A stretch of DNA of 36,025 nt, from NCBI GenBank assembly GCA_035562535.1, contig DATMWM010000237.1, forward strand, positions 1 through 36,025, given 5' to 3'. Made by a program: the position numbers and the translations under genes. Shown in pieces: positions 1-11,484 of this stretch (within the stretch, counting starts at the first letter, position 1; each line of letters opens with the position of its first letter). This DNA is from Rhodocyclaceae bacterium (GTDB lineage: Bacteria > Pseudomonadota > Gammaproteobacteria > Burkholderiales > Rhodocyclaceae). Below the pieces are notes generated by a model. It was not told where the DNA came from and ran no database searches. It saw nothing but the letters and a program-made list of their open reading frames with translations.

Positions 1-449
1 AACTCGCACGCACCGGCGACACATTCGGGCTGGCTGCCCTGTGCGAGATCCCGTACCGGCGGACCGCCGTCGCGATGTCCCGCTGCGAACTCTGCCGAGT
101 GCCGGCCGAGGTCGTGCTCGCGTACAACCGCCACCACCCGGAGTTCGTGCCCAGCATCCTGGCCCAGTACCAGCGCGGCATCGACGTGGCGGACACCTTC
201 CTCACCGAGTTGTCCACCGGCAGTGCCCACGCCCGTATCGCCAGGCTGATGCTGTTTCTCGCCGAGCGGCAGGACGAGGGCGAGTCGCCGCTGGTCACCC
301 GCGAGGAAATGGGTTCGCTGCTCGGCCTGACCACCGAAACGGCCAGCCGGGTCATGGCCGAGTTCCGCCGCGAGCACCTGATCGAGGTCACCGCCGCGGA
401 CCGCTGCCGCTGCGACATCCCGGCGCTGGAAAAGATCGCGCTCGCCTGA
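1..449 (+). CDS. Crp/Fnr-family transcriptional regulator, C-terminal part (5' end lies upstream of the window)
   Basis: The frame is open from base 3 (LARTGDTFGLAALCEIPYRRTAVA...) into track ORF 75..449. It shows the end of a cNMP-binding-type fold, then an HTH segment (REEMGSLLGLTTETASRVMAEF) typical of Crp/Fnr regulators. Stop TGA at 447..449. Confidence 0.8.
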   Translation, partial: LARTGDTFGLAALCEIPYRRTAVAMSRCELCRVPAEVVLAYNRHHPEFVPSILAQYQRGIDVADTFLTELSTGSAHARIARLMLFLAERQDEGESPLVTREEMGSLLGLTTETASRVMAEFRREHLIEVTAADRCRCDIPALEKIALA

Positions 450-484
450 CCCCCCGCCTGCCCGGCGGGGCCGGGTCATTTCTG
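447..484 (+). terminator. Hairpin between the convergent Crp/Fnr and rodA genes; possible intrinsic or bidirectional terminator
   Basis: Inner stem CCCCGCC (452..458) pairs with GGCGGGG (464..470) around a 5-nt loop. Outer arms TGACCC (447..452) and GGGTCA (473..478) contain both stop codons. TTTCT follows on the + strand. There is no U-tract in the minus direction. Confidence 0.4.
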
Positions 485-1579
485 CACGAGCATCGGGTTG
501 CGCCTGATGCTCATCAGGATGCCGATTCCGAGGAACAGCGTGACCAGCGCGGTGCCGCCGTAGCTGATCAGCGGCAGGGGCACGCCGACCACGGGCAGGA
601 TGCCGCTCACCATCCCCATGTTCACGAACGCGTAGGTGAACAGGATCAGCGTGATGCTCCCCGCCAGCAGGCGCGAAAACAGGGTCGGGGCGTCGGCGGC
701 GATCACCATGCCGCGGCCGATCAGCAGCACGTACAGGACGACCAGCAGCAGGTTGCCGATCAGGCCGAATTCCTCTGACAGGACGGCGAAGATGAAGTCG
801 GTGTGGCGCTCGGGCAGGAACTCCAGGTGCGCCTGGGTGCCGTTCATCCAGCCCTTGCCGGCGATGCCGCCCGAGCCGACGGCTATGGTCGACTGGATGA
901 TGTGGAACCCCCTGCCCAGCGGATCCTGCTCCGGGTCGATCAGGGTGAGGACGCGTTGCCGCTGGTAGTCGTGCAGCATCGACCAGACGACCGGCAGGCT
1001 GGCCAGCCCGGCCACGGCCGCACCGAGCATCAGCTTCCAGCTCAGCCCGGCGAGGAAGATCACGTAGAAGCCGGAGGCCAGCACCAGCAGCGAAGTGCCC
1101 AGGTCCGGCTGCTTGGCGATCAGGCCTACCGGGACCGCCAGGATCGCCGCCGCGACAGCGAAATCGCGCAGCCGCAGGATGCCTTCGCGCTGATGGAAGT
1201 ACCAGGCCAGCATCAGCGGCATGGCGATCTTCATGATCTCCGAGGGCTGGATGCGGGTCACGCCGAGGTTCAACCAGCGTCGCGCGCCCTTCGATACGTC
1301 GCCGAACAGCGCGACCGCGATCAGCAGCAGCAGCCCGGTCAGGTACACCGGAACCGCCAGCCGCATCAGGTTCCGTGGAGGCACGTTGGCCGCCAGCCAC
1401 ATGACCGCCAGCGCCACGCCCAGATTCACGTACTGGCTGTTCAGGCGCTCGGGGCTGTCGTGGGTCGCGCTCGCCAGCACGACCAGGCCGAAGCCGACCA
1501 GCAGGCCGGCCAGCAGCAGCAGCGGCGGGTCCACCGGCCTGGCGAGCCGCGCCAGCACCCGTCGAACCGTCTCGATCAT
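476..1579 (-). CDS. rodA: Rod shape-determining SEDS-family peptidoglycan polymerase RodA
   Basis: 367-aa polytopic membrane protein with SEDS-like blocks (RIQPSEIMKIAMPLMLAWYF, PERHTDFIFAVLSEEFGLIG, LPLISYGGTALV). It lies directly downstream of mrdA, as in mrdAB operons. Confidence 0.93.
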   Translation of the reverse strand: MIETVRRVLARLARPVDPPLLLLAGLLVGFGLVVLASATHDSPERLNSQYVNLGVALAVMWLAANVPPRNLMRLAVPVYLTGLLLLIAVALFGDVSKGARRWLNLGVTRIQPSEIMKIAMPLMLAWYFHQREGILRLRDFAVAAAILAVPVGLIAKQPDLGTSLLVLASGFYVIFLAGLSWKLMLGAAVAGLASLPVVWSMLHDYQRQRVLTLIDPEQDPLGRGFHIIQSTIAVGSGGIAGKGWMNGTQAHLEFLPERHTDFIFAVLSEEFGLIGNLLLVVLYVLLIGRGMVIAADAPTLFSRLLAGSITLILFTYAFVNMGMVSGILPVVGVPLPLISYGGTALVTLFLGIGILMSIRRNPMLVQK

Positions 1580-1627
1580 TGCCGGCGGCGTCCCGCGGCG
1601 GGCATGCCGGCGTGCGGCCGGCGCGGC

Positions 1628-3523
1628 CTATTCGCTCTCGCCGGCATCCTCGTCCTCCTGCGCCACGCCCGCGGGCGATTTGCCCTCGATGTAGTAGTCG
1701 AGGACCTGGCGGGCGATCGGCGCGGCGGACTGGGCGCCGAAACCGCCGTTTTCCACCACCACCGCCACCGCGATCTTCGGTTGCTCGGCCGGTGCGAAGG
1801 CGATGAACAGCGCGTGGTCGCGCAGGCGCTCCTTGACCCGGCCCTCGACGTACTTTTCCCCCTTCAGGCTGAAAACCTGGGCGGTCCCGGTCTTGCCGGC
1901 GCTGGTGTAGCCGGCGCCGGCGAAGGCGCGCGCACCAGTGCCTTCCTTGTTCACGCCGACCATCGACTGCTTGATGAACTGGACATGCTCGCGCCTGAGC
2001 GGCAGCGTCTTGAGCGGCTCGCGCGCGACGAAGCTGCGCTCGCCGCTCTTGCCGTTCTCGACGTACTTGACCAGGTGCGGCCGGAACGCGACCCCGTCGT
2101 TGGCCAGCGTGGCCATGGCCTGGGCGAGCTGCAGCGGCGTATAGGCGTTGTAGCCCTGGCCGATGCCGATGCTGATCGTCTCGCCGGCGAACCACTTCTG
2201 CTGCTCCGGCCGCCGGAAGCGCTTGCGCTTCCATTCCGGCGAGGGCAGCACGCCTTCGGACTCGTTCGGGATGTCGATGCCGGTGCGGCTGCCGAAGCCG
2301 AACTGGCGCATGAACGCGGCAATGTTGTCGATCCCCAGATCGTTCGCCAGATGGTAGTAATAGGTGTCGCAGGACGCCACGATCGACTTGTACATGTCGA
2401 CCGTGCCGTGCCCGCCCTTCTTGTCGTCGCGGAAGGTGTGGCCGCCGAAATTGAAGAAGCCGGGGTCGGAGATCGCCTGCTGCGGCGTGCGCTTGCCCAG
2501 CGTCAGCGCCGCCAGCGCCATGTAGGGCTTGAACGTCGATCCGGGCGGATAGACCCCGTTGATCGGCCGGTTGATCATCGGATGGTCGGGCGAGTTGTTC
2601 AGCGCCTCCCAGTTCTGCGGGTCGATGCCGTCGACGAACAGGTTGGGGTCGAAGCCGGGGCGGCTGACGTAGGCGAGCACGTCGCCCGAGCCGGGCTCGA
2701 TCGCCACCAGCGCGCCGCGGCGCTCGCCGAATGCCTTTTCCGCGATCTGCTGCAGCTTCAGGTCTATCGACAGCACCAGGTTGTTGCCCGAGACCGGTGG
2801 GGTACGCGACAGCGTGCGCACCGCCCGTCCGCCGGCGTCGACCTCCACCTCCTGGAACCCGGACTCGCCGTGCAGCTCCCGCTCGTAGCTCTTCTCCAGC
2901 CCGGTCTTGCCGATGTAGTCGGTTCCCCGGTAGTTCGCGGACTCGTCGGCAGCTTCGAGCGCTTCGAGCTCCTTCTCGTTGATCCGCCCGATGTAGCCGA
3001 CCACGTGGGAGGCGAACTCGCCCTGCGGATACTGGCGGAACAGGCGGGCGTTGATCTCGACGCCGGGGAAGCGGTAACGCTGGGCGGCGAACCGCGCCAC
3101 CTCCTCGTCGCTCAGCCGGGTGCGGATCGGAATGCTCTCGAAGGTCTTGCTCTCCTCGAGCAGCTTGCGGAACCGCTTGCGGTCCTTGGCGGTGATCTCC
3201 ACCAGCTGCGCGAGCTCGTCGATCGTCGCCTCCAGGTCGTCGAGCTTGCCGGGCGTGATCTCCAGCGTATAGGCGGAGAAATTGCTCGCGAGCACCAGGC
3301 CGTTGCGGTCGGTGATCAGCCCCCGGTTCGGCACGATCGGCACCAGGGAGATCCGGTTCTCCTCGGCGCGGGTGTGGTAGTAGTCGTGGCGCGCGACCTG
3401 CAGGTGGACGAAGCGGCCCATGAGCACGGCGAATGCCGCGAGCACCACGAATCCGGCCACGCTCAGGCGGACGCGGAAGTCCTGCAGCGTCTGCTCCGGG
3501 TTCTTGAACTCAGCCGCGCGCAT
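1628..3523 (-). CDS. mrdA: Penicillin-binding protein 2 (elongasome transpeptidase)
   Basis: 631 aa with an N-terminal membrane anchor. Transpeptidase motifs are SxxK (GSTFKPY), SxD (ASCDTYY) and KTG (AGKTGTAQ). The N-terminal region (RAEENRISLVPIVPNRGLITDRNG) parallels E. coli PBP2. Confidence 0.95.
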   Translation of the reverse strand: MRAAEFKNPEQTLQDFRVRLSVAGFVVLAAFAVLMGRFVHLQVARHDYYHTRAEENRISLVPIVPNRGLITDRNGLVLASNFSAYTLEITPGKLDDLEATIDELAQLVEITAKDRKRFRKLLEESKTFESIPIRTRLSDEEVARFAAQRYRFPGVEINARLFRQYPQGEFASHVVGYIGRINEKELEALEAADESANYRGTDYIGKTGLEKSYERELHGESGFQEVEVDAGGRAVRTLSRTPPVSGNNLVLSIDLKLQQIAEKAFGERRGALVAIEPGSGDVLAYVSRPGFDPNLFVDGIDPQNWEALNNSPDHPMINRPINGVYPPGSTFKPYMALAALTLGKRTPQQAISDPGFFNFGGHTFRDDKKGGHGTVDMYKSIVASCDTYYYHLANDLGIDNIAAFMRQFGFGSRTGIDIPNESEGVLPSPEWKRKRFRRPEQQKWFAGETISIGIGQGYNAYTPLQLAQAMATLANDGVAFRPHLVKYVENGKSGERSFVAREPLKTLPLRREHVQFIKQSMVGVNKEGTGARAFAGAGYTSAGKTGTAQVFSLKGEKYVEGRVKERLRDHALFIAFAPAEQPKIAVAVVVENGGFGAQSAAPIARQVLDYYIEGKSPAGVAQEDEDAGESE

Positions 3524-3601
3524 CGTCTTGGTCGGTCAGCGGGGTGTGCTGAGGTTGGACGGGCAGTCGCCGCATGCGGTGGAAGGGGCCGAGTCGGCCG
3601 C

Positions 3602-4123
3602 TCAGATCGGCCGGTTCTCGTCCTTCTCCACCGGCTGGAACTGGGGCAGGAGCAGGACGTAGTTGAGCGGCGGCCAGAGCAGCGCCGAGATCAGGCTGGA
3701 CAGGAAGTAGGTCCAGCCGGGGAAGTCGGCGCCGCCGAGCATCCGCGCCACCACCATCACCACCTGGGTGACCAGCAGCAGCGGCAGCAGGTGCAGCGCC
3801 TGCTGGACCAACGGGAACCACAGGATGCGCCGCGAAAGGCTCGAAGCGAGGAAGGTGAGCAGCACGTAGGCGAGCGCATGCTGGCCCATCACCGAGCCGT
3901 GGGCGACGTCCATCACCAGCCCGAAGACGAAGCCGGAGGTCATGCCGATCTTCAGCGGCTCGCGCACGCTCCAGAAAGCCAGCACCAGCGCCATCCAGTC
4001 GGGAATGCCCGGGATCCGCCCGGCCGGGATCAGGTTGAGCACCAGCGCGACCAGCAGGCTCAGCACGATGAAGCTGAAATTGGCCGGCAGGAGAATGCGA
4101 CGCGAACTGTGGGTCGGCTGCAC
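3602..4123 (-). CDS. mreD: Rod shape-determining protein MreD
   Basis: 173-aa multi-span membrane protein. GTG start 3 nt after the mreC stop. Canonical mreBCD position. Confidence 0.85.
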   Translation of the reverse strand: MQPTHSSRRILLPANFSFIVLSLLVALVLNLIPAGRIPGIPDWMALVLAFWSVREPLKIGMTSGFVFGLVMDVAHGSVMGQHALAYVLLTFLASSLSRRILWFPLVQQALHLLPLLLVTQVVMVVARMLGGADFPGWTYFLSSLISALLWPPLNYVLLLPQFQPVEKDENRPI

Positions 4124-4126
4124 GGC

Positions 4127-5050
4127 TCACTCCCTGCGCTTGGGCCGCTTCGGCCTGGCGGGCTTGTCCGCCTTCTGCACGAGCTCCGGCTCGGCCGCCA
4201 CGGCCTGGACGGGTTCGCGCGGGCCGAGCACCAGGGCCAGCCCGTGCTGCTCGACGCCGCCCACCGGCGCGCACAGGATGCGGGCGAAGACGAAGGCGGT
4301 GTCGCGCTCCACCGAGGACACCCTGGCCACCGGCAGGCCGGGCAGGAATACGCCGTCCAGGCCGGAGGTCACCAGTTCGTCGCCGATCTGCACGTCCGCG
4401 TTGGCGGCCAGAAAGCGCAGCTCGAGCATGCCCTCGCCGGCGCCGTAGAGCACGCCCCGGAGGCCGTTGCGGACCACCTGGATCGGCACCGCCTGGTTCT
4501 TGTCGGTGATCAGGGTCACCTCGCTCTGCAGCGGGAATGCCCGGGTCACCTGTCCGATCACGCCGGCCTCGTCGACCACGGCCTGGCCGGGGCCGATGCT
4601 CTGCCGGCCGCCCTTGTCGATGATGACCCTGCGCGAAAACGGATCGCGCGCCCCGTAGACGATCTCCGCGACCACGCCCTTCGCCGGCTGGCGTTCCTTC
4701 ATGTCCAGCAGGCCGCGCAGCCGGTGGTTCTCCTCCTCGAGCTGGCGCTGGCGCAGCAGGGCGGCTGCATCCTGGACCTGCTGGCGCCGCAGATCCGTGT
4801 TCTGCTCCTGGAGCAGGCTGACCGACGAGAAATAGCCGCCCACTGTCCGCAGCCCCTGAACCGGGGCGAAGGCCACCTGCTCCAGCGGGTAGGTGATCAC
4901 CGCCACCGCCTGGCGCAGCAGCTCCAGGTAGCGAAAGCGGATGTCGACCACGATCAGCACGAGGGAGACGGCCACGTAGAAGACGAAGCGCGCCAGAGGC
5001 GCCGGACCGCGCCGGAAGAACGGAGGCGGCGGATGGCCGACGACCGACAT
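4127..5050 (-). CDS. mreC: Rod shape-determining protein MreC
   Basis: 307 aa with an N-terminal anchor, a coiled-coil segment (LLQEQNTDLRRQ...LEEENHRLRGLL) and a beta-rich C-terminal region. It sits between mreB and mreD. Confidence 0.9.
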   Translation of the reverse strand: MSVVGHPPPPFFRRGPAPLARFVFYVAVSLVLIVVDIRFRYLELLRQAVAVITYPLEQVAFAPVQGLRTVGGYFSSVSLLQEQNTDLRRQQVQDAAALLRQRQLEEENHRLRGLLDMKERQPAKGVVAEIVYGARDPFSRRVIIDKGGRQSIGPGQAVVDEAGVIGQVTRAFPLQSEVTLITDKNQAVPIQVVRNGLRGVLYGAGEGMLELRFLAANADVQIGDELVTSGLDGVFLPGLPVARVSSVERDTAFVFARILCAPVGGVEQHGLALVLGPREPVQAVAAEPELVQKADKPARPKRPKRRE

Positions 5051-5183
5051 GCTGGTCAGGTGCGGGGAAGAAGCGGAGCGTGCCGCAGGCAGAAGCGCCG
5101 CGCCCGAGGGTCGCCCGCTGCCGGCCGGTCAGTGCAACCGGATCGGCCGGCGGCGCGGGCAGGCTGGGGCGGGGCTTGCGCGC

Positions 5184-6257
<1,074 letters not shown>

Positions 6258-6310
6258 TTAAACGGGTATGATACCCTATCACGCTTCCGGAATTAAGGGC
6301 CCGGCTCCCC

Positions 6311-6598
6311 ATGTCGCTCACCCTGGACCAGGTGCATCGCATCGCCCAACTGGCACGCATCGAGATCTCGTCGTCCGAAGCCGACACCACTCTGCGGCAA
6401 CTGAACGACATCTTCACCCTGATCGAACAGATGCAGTCCGTGGATACCCGCGGCGTGGAGCCGATGGCCCACGCCCAGGACCTCTCCCAGCGGCTGCGCG
6501 CGGACGAGGTGACCGAGTCCGACCGGCGCGAAGCCTTCCAGGCCGTGGCCCCGGAGGTCGAGGCCGGGCTGTACCTGGTGCCGAAGGTTATCGAGTAA
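6311..6598 (+). CDS. gatC: Asp-tRNA(Asn)/Glu-tRNA(Gln) amidotransferase subunit C
   Basis: 95 aa starting [41 protein letters not shown], typical of GatC. It lies upstream of gatA. Confidence 0.92.
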   Translation: MSLTLDQVHRIAQLARIEISSSEADTTLRQLNDIFTLIEQMQSVDTRGVEPMAHAQDLSQRLRADEVTESDRREAFQAVAPEVEAGLYLVPKVIE

Positions 6599-6699
6599 TG
6601 AGCGAGGAGGCGGGCGTGAGGCGTTCGCGCGCCTGGCGGCGGTGACGCGCCTTGCCGGCCGCAGCCTCCAGTCCTGACCCCTGACCCCGCCCGCATCGA

Positions 6700-8184
6700 A
6701 TGTTCAACGCCTCGCTCGCCGACCTCTCCGCCGCGCTCGCGCGCCGTGAAATCTCCAGCGTCGAACTGACCCGCCTGTTCCTCGACCGGATCGGCCGGCT
6801 GAACGGCCGGCTCAACGCCTTCATCACGGTCGCCCCAGAGAAGAGCCTGGCACAGGCCGCCGAAGCCGACGCGCGCATCGCGCGCGGCGAGGCCGGCCCG
6901 CTCACCGGCATCCCGATCGCCTACAAGGACATCTTCTGCACCGAGGGCTGGCCGACCACCTGCGGCTCGCACATGCTGGCGAACTTCGTCAGCCCCTACG
7001 ACGCCCACGTGGTCGAAAGGCTGCGCGGGGCCGGCTGCGTGACCCTGGGCAAGACCAACATGGACGAGTTCGCGATGGGCTCGTCCAACGAAACCTCCCA
7101 CTTCGGACCGGTGCGCAACCCCTGGAACACTGCCACGGTGCCCGGCGGTTCCTCGGGCGGCTCGGCGGCGGCCGTGGCGGCGCGCCTGGCGCCCGCGGCC
7201 ACCGGCACCGACACCGGCGGCTCGATCCGCCAGCCGGCGGCGCTCACCGGCATCACCGGGATCAAGCCGACCTACGGCCTGGTGTCCCGCTACGGCATGA
7301 TCGCCTTCGCCTCGTCGCTGGACCAGGGCGGCCCGATGGCGGCCAGCGCGCAGGACTGCGCGATGCTGCTCGGCACGATGAGCGGCTTCGACCCGCGCGA
7401 CTCGACCAGCCTGGAACGGCCGGCGCAGGACTACCTGCGCGACCTGGACGCGCCGCTCGCGGGCGCCGCCGCGGGAACGCCGCTCGCCGGGCTGCGCGTG
7501 GGCGTGCCGAAGGAGTTCTTCGCCGAGGGCCTGTCCGCCGACGTGGCGAAAGCCGTCGAGGACGCGATCGCCGATATGCGGCGGCTCGGCGCCTCGGCCG
7601 TGGAGGTGAGCCTGCCGAACATGGCGCTGTCCATCCCGGTCTATTACGTGCTCGCGCCGGCGGAAGCCTCCTCGAACCTGAGCCGCTACGACGGCGTTCG
7701 ATACGGCTACCGGGCGCCGGAATACGCGGACCTGCTCGACATGTATTGCAAGAGCCGCGCCCAGGGCTTCGGCGCTGAGGTCAAGCGGCGCATCCTGATC
7801 GGCACCTACGTGCTCTCTCACGGCTACTACGACGCCTATTACCTGCAGGCGCAGCGGCTGCGGCGGCTGATCGCCGAGGATTTTCGCCAGGCGTTCGAGC
7901 AGTGCGACCTCATCGCCGGGCCGACCAGCCCGACGGTGGCCTTCGCCTTCGGGGCCAAGAGCGCCGATCCGGTGCAGATGTACCTGTCGGACATCTACAC
8001 GATCGCGGTGAACCTGGCCGGGCTGCCCGGCATGTCCATTCCCTGCGGTTTCGGGGCCGGCGGTCTGCCGGTCGGCCTGCAGCTGATCGGCGGCTATTTC
8101 GACGAGGCGCGCATGCTCAAGGTCGCCCATCACTACCAGCAGGCCACCGACTGGCACGCGCGCCGGCCGGAGCGGATCGAATGA
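6700..8184 (+). CDS. gatA: Asp-tRNA(Asn)/Glu-tRNA(Gln) amidotransferase subunit A
   Basis: 494 aa with the amidase signature ([25 protein letters not shown]). ATG start at 6700. Confidence 0.96.
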   Translation: MFNASLADLSAALARREISSVELTRLFLDRIGRLNGRLNAFITVAPEKSLAQAAEADARIARGEAGPLTGIPIAYKDIFCTEGWPTTCGSHMLANFVSPYDAHVVERLRGAGCVTLGKTNMDEFAMGSSNETSHFGPVRNPWNTATVPGGSSGGSAAAVAARLAPAATGTDTGGSIRQPAALTGITGIKPTYGLVSRYGMIAFASSLDQGGPMAASAQDCAMLLGTMSGFDPRDSTSLERPAQDYLRDLDAPLAGAAAGTPLAGLRVGVPKEFFAEGLSADVAKAVEDAIADMRRLGASAVEVSLPNMALSIPVYYVLAPAEASSNLSRYDGVRYGYRAPEYADLLDMYCKSRAQGFGAEVKRRILIGTYVLSHGYYDAYYLQAQRLRRLIAEDFRQAFEQCDLIAGPTSPTVAFAFGAKSADPVQMYLSDIYTIAVNLAGLPGMSIPCGFGAGGLPVGLQLIGGYFDEARMLKVAHHYQQATDWHARRPERIE

Positions 8185-8708
8185 GCCTGCGGTCGGTGCG
8201 CGCGGCGGGATCCGCCGTGTTCCTGGCCGCCCTGCTCGCGGCCTGCGCCGGCCCTGCGGCGGGGCCCGCGCCCGGTTCGGCGCCGGGCGCTTCCTCGCGT
8301 GCGCCCGGCGAGGAGGCGAAGAGCAAGTCTTTTTCGTACTCGTCGAAGCCGGCGAGGATTCCGACGCGGCCGCTGAACGTGAGCGCTGACTGCAGCTTCA
8401 AGGATCCCACCGGCTACCGGGGCAGCATGAAACTGCAGGTCGCCCGGTCCGAGGTGCGCCGCTTCGAGGCCAGCGTGACCATCCCCGAACATGGCACCTG
8501 CCGCTTCGACCTGAAGGGCTTCCGCCAGAGGGGATCGGCGCCCCACGTGATCCTGGCCGCCTCGGGCTCCTCGTGCGAGGTGCGCATGTGGGAACAGGGA
8601 CGCCGCGTGACCGTGGCGTTCAACCGCTGCGAGGACATGTGCAGCCCCGGCGCCTATGTCTATCTGTGGCCGATCATGGCCGACGCCCGCCGGGGCACTT
8701 GCGGTTGA
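8181..8708 (+). CDS. Hypothetical Cys-rich lipoprotein encoded between gatA and gatB
   Basis: The ATG at 8181 overlaps the gatA stop (ATGA), with GGAG 9-12 nt upstream. 175 aa. The signal peptide has a lipobox (FLAALLAAC|AG). The mature part has six further Cys. Third codon positions are almost all G/C, as in neighbouring genes. I recognise no family. The track ORF 7902..8708 extends this frame back into gatA. Confidence 0.7.
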   Translation: MSLRSVRAAGSAVFLAALLAACAGPAAGPAPGSAPGASSRAPGEEAKSKSFSYSSKPARIPTRPLNVSADCSFKDPTGYRGSMKLQVARSEVRRFEASVTIPEHGTCRFDLKGFRQRGSAPHVILAASGSSCEVRMWEQGRRVTVAFNRCEDMCSPGAYVYLWPIMADARRGTCG

Positions 8709-8727
8709 TTCGGCCTGAGAGCATCCA

Positions 8728-10179
8728 ATGAGCAGAAGAGAAGACTGGGAGATCGTGGTCGGCATCGAGACCCACGCGCAGCTTTCCACCCGCTCCAAGA
8801 TCTTTTCCGGTGCCTCGGTCGCCTTCGGCGCCGCCCCGAATGTTCAGGCCTGCGCGGTCGACATCGCGCTGCCCGGCGTGCTGCCGGTGCTGAACCGCGG
8901 CGCGGTGGAGCGCGCCATCCGCTTCGGTCTGGCGGTGGGCGGCCGCATCGCGCCGCGTTCGGTCTTCGCGCGCAAGAATTACTTCTACCCGGACCTGCCC
9001 AAGGGCTACCAGATCAGCCAGTACGAACTGCCGGTGGTGTCGGGCGGCTCGCTCGCGATCGCCGTGGGCGGACGGGAGAAGACCATCCGCCTGACCCGGG
9101 CGCACCTGGAAGAGGACGCCGGCAAGTCGCTGCACGAGGACTTCCACGGGCGCAGCGGCATCGACCTGAACCGCGCCGGCACGCCGCTGCTGGAGATCGT
9201 CTCGGAGCCGGACCTGCGCGGCGCCGAGGAGGCGGTGGCCTACGCCCGGGCGCTGCATGCGCTGGTGCGCTGGATCGACATCTGCGACGGCAACATGCAG
9301 GAAGGCAGCTTCCGCTGCGACGCCAACGTCTCGGTGCGGCGCCTCGGCGACGAGAAGCTCGGCACCCGGCGCGAGATCAAGAACCTAAACAGCTTCCGCT
9401 TCCTGCAGCAGGCCATCGAGTACGAGGCGCGCTGGCAGATCGAGACCATCGGGGACGGCGGCAGCATCGACCAGGCGACGGTGCTGTTCGACCCGGACAC
9501 CGGCCAGACGCGGGCCATGCGCAGCAAGGAAGACGCCCACGACTACCGCTACTTCCCCGACCCGGACCTGCTGCCGCTGGCGATCGCGCCGGACTGGATC
9601 GAGACGGTGCGCGCCGGCATGCCGGAACTGCCGCAGGCGATGCGCGAGCGTTTCCAGCGTGAGTATGGACTCACCGACTACGATGCGGCAACCGTGACCG
9701 CATCGCGGGAGGCTGCCCGCTATTTCGAGGAATGCGCGGCTGCCGCCGGGGCCGGTCTGGGCAAGCTCTGCGCCAACTGGGTGATGGGCGAGCTGGCCGC
9801 GCGGCTGAACCGCGAGGACAGGGACATCGCTTCATCGCCGATCTCCGCGACCCAGCTTGCCGGCCTGGTTCGCCGCATCGCGGACAGCACCATCTCCGGC
9901 AAGATCGGCAAGGAGGTCTTCGACGCGCTCTGGAACGGCGAGGCCGCCGACGCGGACGGCCTGATCGACGCCCGCGGCCTGCGGCAGATCAGCGACACCG
10001 GCGCGATCGAGAAGACGATCGACGAGGTGCTTTCGGCCAACGCGAAATCGGTCGAGGAATTCCGGGCGGGCAAGGAGAAGGCCTTCAACGCCCTGGTCGG
10101 CCAGGTGATGAAGGCCACCAAAGGCAAGGCCAACCCGCAGCAGGTCAACGATCTGCTCAGGAAGAAGCTCGCGGGTTGA
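8728..10179 (+). CDS. gatB: Asp-tRNA(Asn)/Glu-tRNA(Gln) amidotransferase subunit B
   Basis: 483 aa. N-terminus [15 protein letters not shown] and the C-terminal YqeY-like tail ([16 protein letters not shown]) are canonical GatB. Confidence 0.96.
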   Translation: MSRREDWEIVVGIETHAQLSTRSKIFSGASVAFGAAPNVQACAVDIALPGVLPVLNRGAVERAIRFGLAVGGRIAPRSVFARKNYFYPDLPKGYQISQYELPVVSGGSLAIAVGGREKTIRLTRAHLEEDAGKSLHEDFHGRSGIDLNRAGTPLLEIVSEPDLRGAEEAVAYARALHALVRWIDICDGNMQEGSFRCDANVSVRRLGDEKLGTRREIKNLNSFRFLQQAIEYEARWQIETIGDGGSIDQATVLFDPDTGQTRAMRSKEDAHDYRYFPDPDLLPLAIAPDWIETVRAGMPELPQAMRERFQREYGLTDYDAATVTASREAARYFEECAAAAGAGLGKLCANWVMGELAARLNREDRDIASSPISATQLAGLVRRIADSTISGKIGKEVFDALWNGEAADADGLIDARGLRQISDTGAIEKTIDEVLSANAKSVEEFRAGKEKAFNALVGQVMKATKGKANPQQVNDLLRKKLAG

Positions 10180-10182
10180 AGT

Positions 10183-10830
10183 TCAGCGCGGGCGGGGATC
10201 GACGCCGGCGGATCGGCCGCGGATCAGTTCGATGTAGCGACGCTTGTCCTCGTCGTACTTGGCGCGCACCGCCTCCATCTCCTTGGTCTTGGCTTCCACG
10301 ACGCTGCCGTGGGCGCGCAGCTCGGACTCGTTCTCCTTGATCGCGTCGAGCAGATCCTTCGGCGCCGGCTTCTTGCGGTAGAACTGCATCTCCTCGGAAA
10401 GCTGCTTGTGCCGCTCGGCGGCTTCCTGGTATCGCTCCTGCGCCTGCGCCAGGCTCTTCTCGATGTCCTTGAGCACGCGGTCGCGCACCAACTCGATGTC
10501 ACGCTCGCTCGAATAGGCATCGAGCAGCGCCTGGGCCTGGCGCCTTTCCTCGGCGGCGAGTCGCTCTTGCTCTCGCTTGCGCCTGGTTTCCTGCTCGCGC
10601 TGGACGCGCTGCTCCGGCGTGAGCGGCGCCTCGACCCGGCGCAGCGTGATGCCCTGGCTGTTGATCTCGCGGTAGGCCCGCCCGTAGCATTGGGGCGGCA
10701 GAACGTCCGAACAGGTCTGACGGCCGTTCTCGTCGTTGCAGCAATAGGTGATCCGCTCGGCGCCGGCAGGCGCGGCGGCCAGGACGAGCACGGCGACGAC
10801 GAACTCAGTTCGGAACCGCATGAACACCAT
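10183..10830 (-). CDS. Secreted DUF4124-like protein with an Arg/Glu/Gln-rich coiled-coil tail
   Basis: Signal peptide [21 protein letters not shown], then a DUF4124-like module carrying four Cys ([24 protein letters not shown]), then a charged helical region. The start is ATG at 10830 or 10821. The longer track ORF reaching 11037 runs through pyrE and is rejected. It overlaps the pyrE 3' end by about 17-26 nt. Confidence 0.7.
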   Translation of the reverse strand: MVFMRFRTEFVVAVLVLAAAPAGAERITYCCNDENGRQTCSDVLPPQCYGRAYREINSQGITLRRVEAPLTPEQRVQREQETRRKREQERLAAEERRQAQALLDAYSSERDIELVRDRVLKDIEKSLAQAQERYQEAAERHKQLSEEMQFYRKKPAPKDLLDAIKENESELRAHGSVVEAKTKEMEAVRAKYDEDKRRYIELIRGRSAGVDPRPR

Positions 10831-11455
10831 ACTTGCTGCGATAGGCCTCGACCGCGGCCAGGTGCGCCGCCAGGTCTGCGCTGTCGCGCAGGAACGCGAC
10901 CAGGTCGTCGAGGGTGGCCACACTGATGACCGGCATCCCGTAAACGCGCTCGACCTCCTGAACGGCCGACAGTTCTCCCTGTCCTTTTTCCATCCTGTCC
11001 AGCGCGATCGCCACGCCGCAGGGCACGGCACCCGCACCCCTGATCAGCCCTACGGACTCGCGCACCGAGGTTCCGGCGGAGATCACGTCATCGACAACGA
11101 GCACCCGACCTTTAGGAACGGCGCCGATCAGCATGCCGCCTTCGCCGTGGTCCTTGGTCTCCTTGCGGTTGAAGCAGAACGGCACGTTGCGGCCGCGCCG
11201 CGCGAGTTCGACGGCGATGCCGGCCACCAGCGGAATGCCCTTGTAGGCCGGGCCGAACAGCATGTCGAAACCGATGGACGACGCGAGCACTGCATCGGCG
11301 TAGTAGCCGCACAGCCGCGCCAGCGAGGCGCCGTCGCTGAACAGTCCGGCGTTGAAGAAGTAGGGGGACATCCGCCCGGCCTTGGTCTTGAACGCGCCAA
11401 AGCGCAGGACGCCCGCATTTACCGCAAATTCGACGAAATCGCGCCTAAAATCCAT
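10805..11455 (-). CDS. pyrE: Orotate phosphoribosyltransferase
   Basis: 216 aa with N-terminus [32 protein letters not shown] and PRPP-binding loop [13 protein letters not shown]. Confidence 0.95.
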   Translation of the reverse strand: MDFRRDFVEFAVNAGVLRFGAFKTKAGRMSPYFFNAGLFSDGASLARLCGYYADAVLASSIGFDMLFGPAYKGIPLVAGIAVELARRGRNVPFCFNRKETKDHGEGGMLIGAVPKGRVLVVDDVISAGTSVRESVGLIRGAGAVPCGVAIALDRMEKGQGELSAVQEVERVYGMPVISVATLDDLVAFLRDSADLAAHLAAVEAYRSKYGVHAVPN

Positions 11456-11484
11456 GAATTGCCGCGCCGAAGAATCGAGTCCGC

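Noticed and set aside
10177-10185. gatB and the DUF4124-like gene converge with only 3 nt between their stop codons and no terminator hairpin
   Set aside because: This is real in the sequence but common in compact genomes. I could not tie it to any specific mechanism beyond possible convergent-transcription interference.
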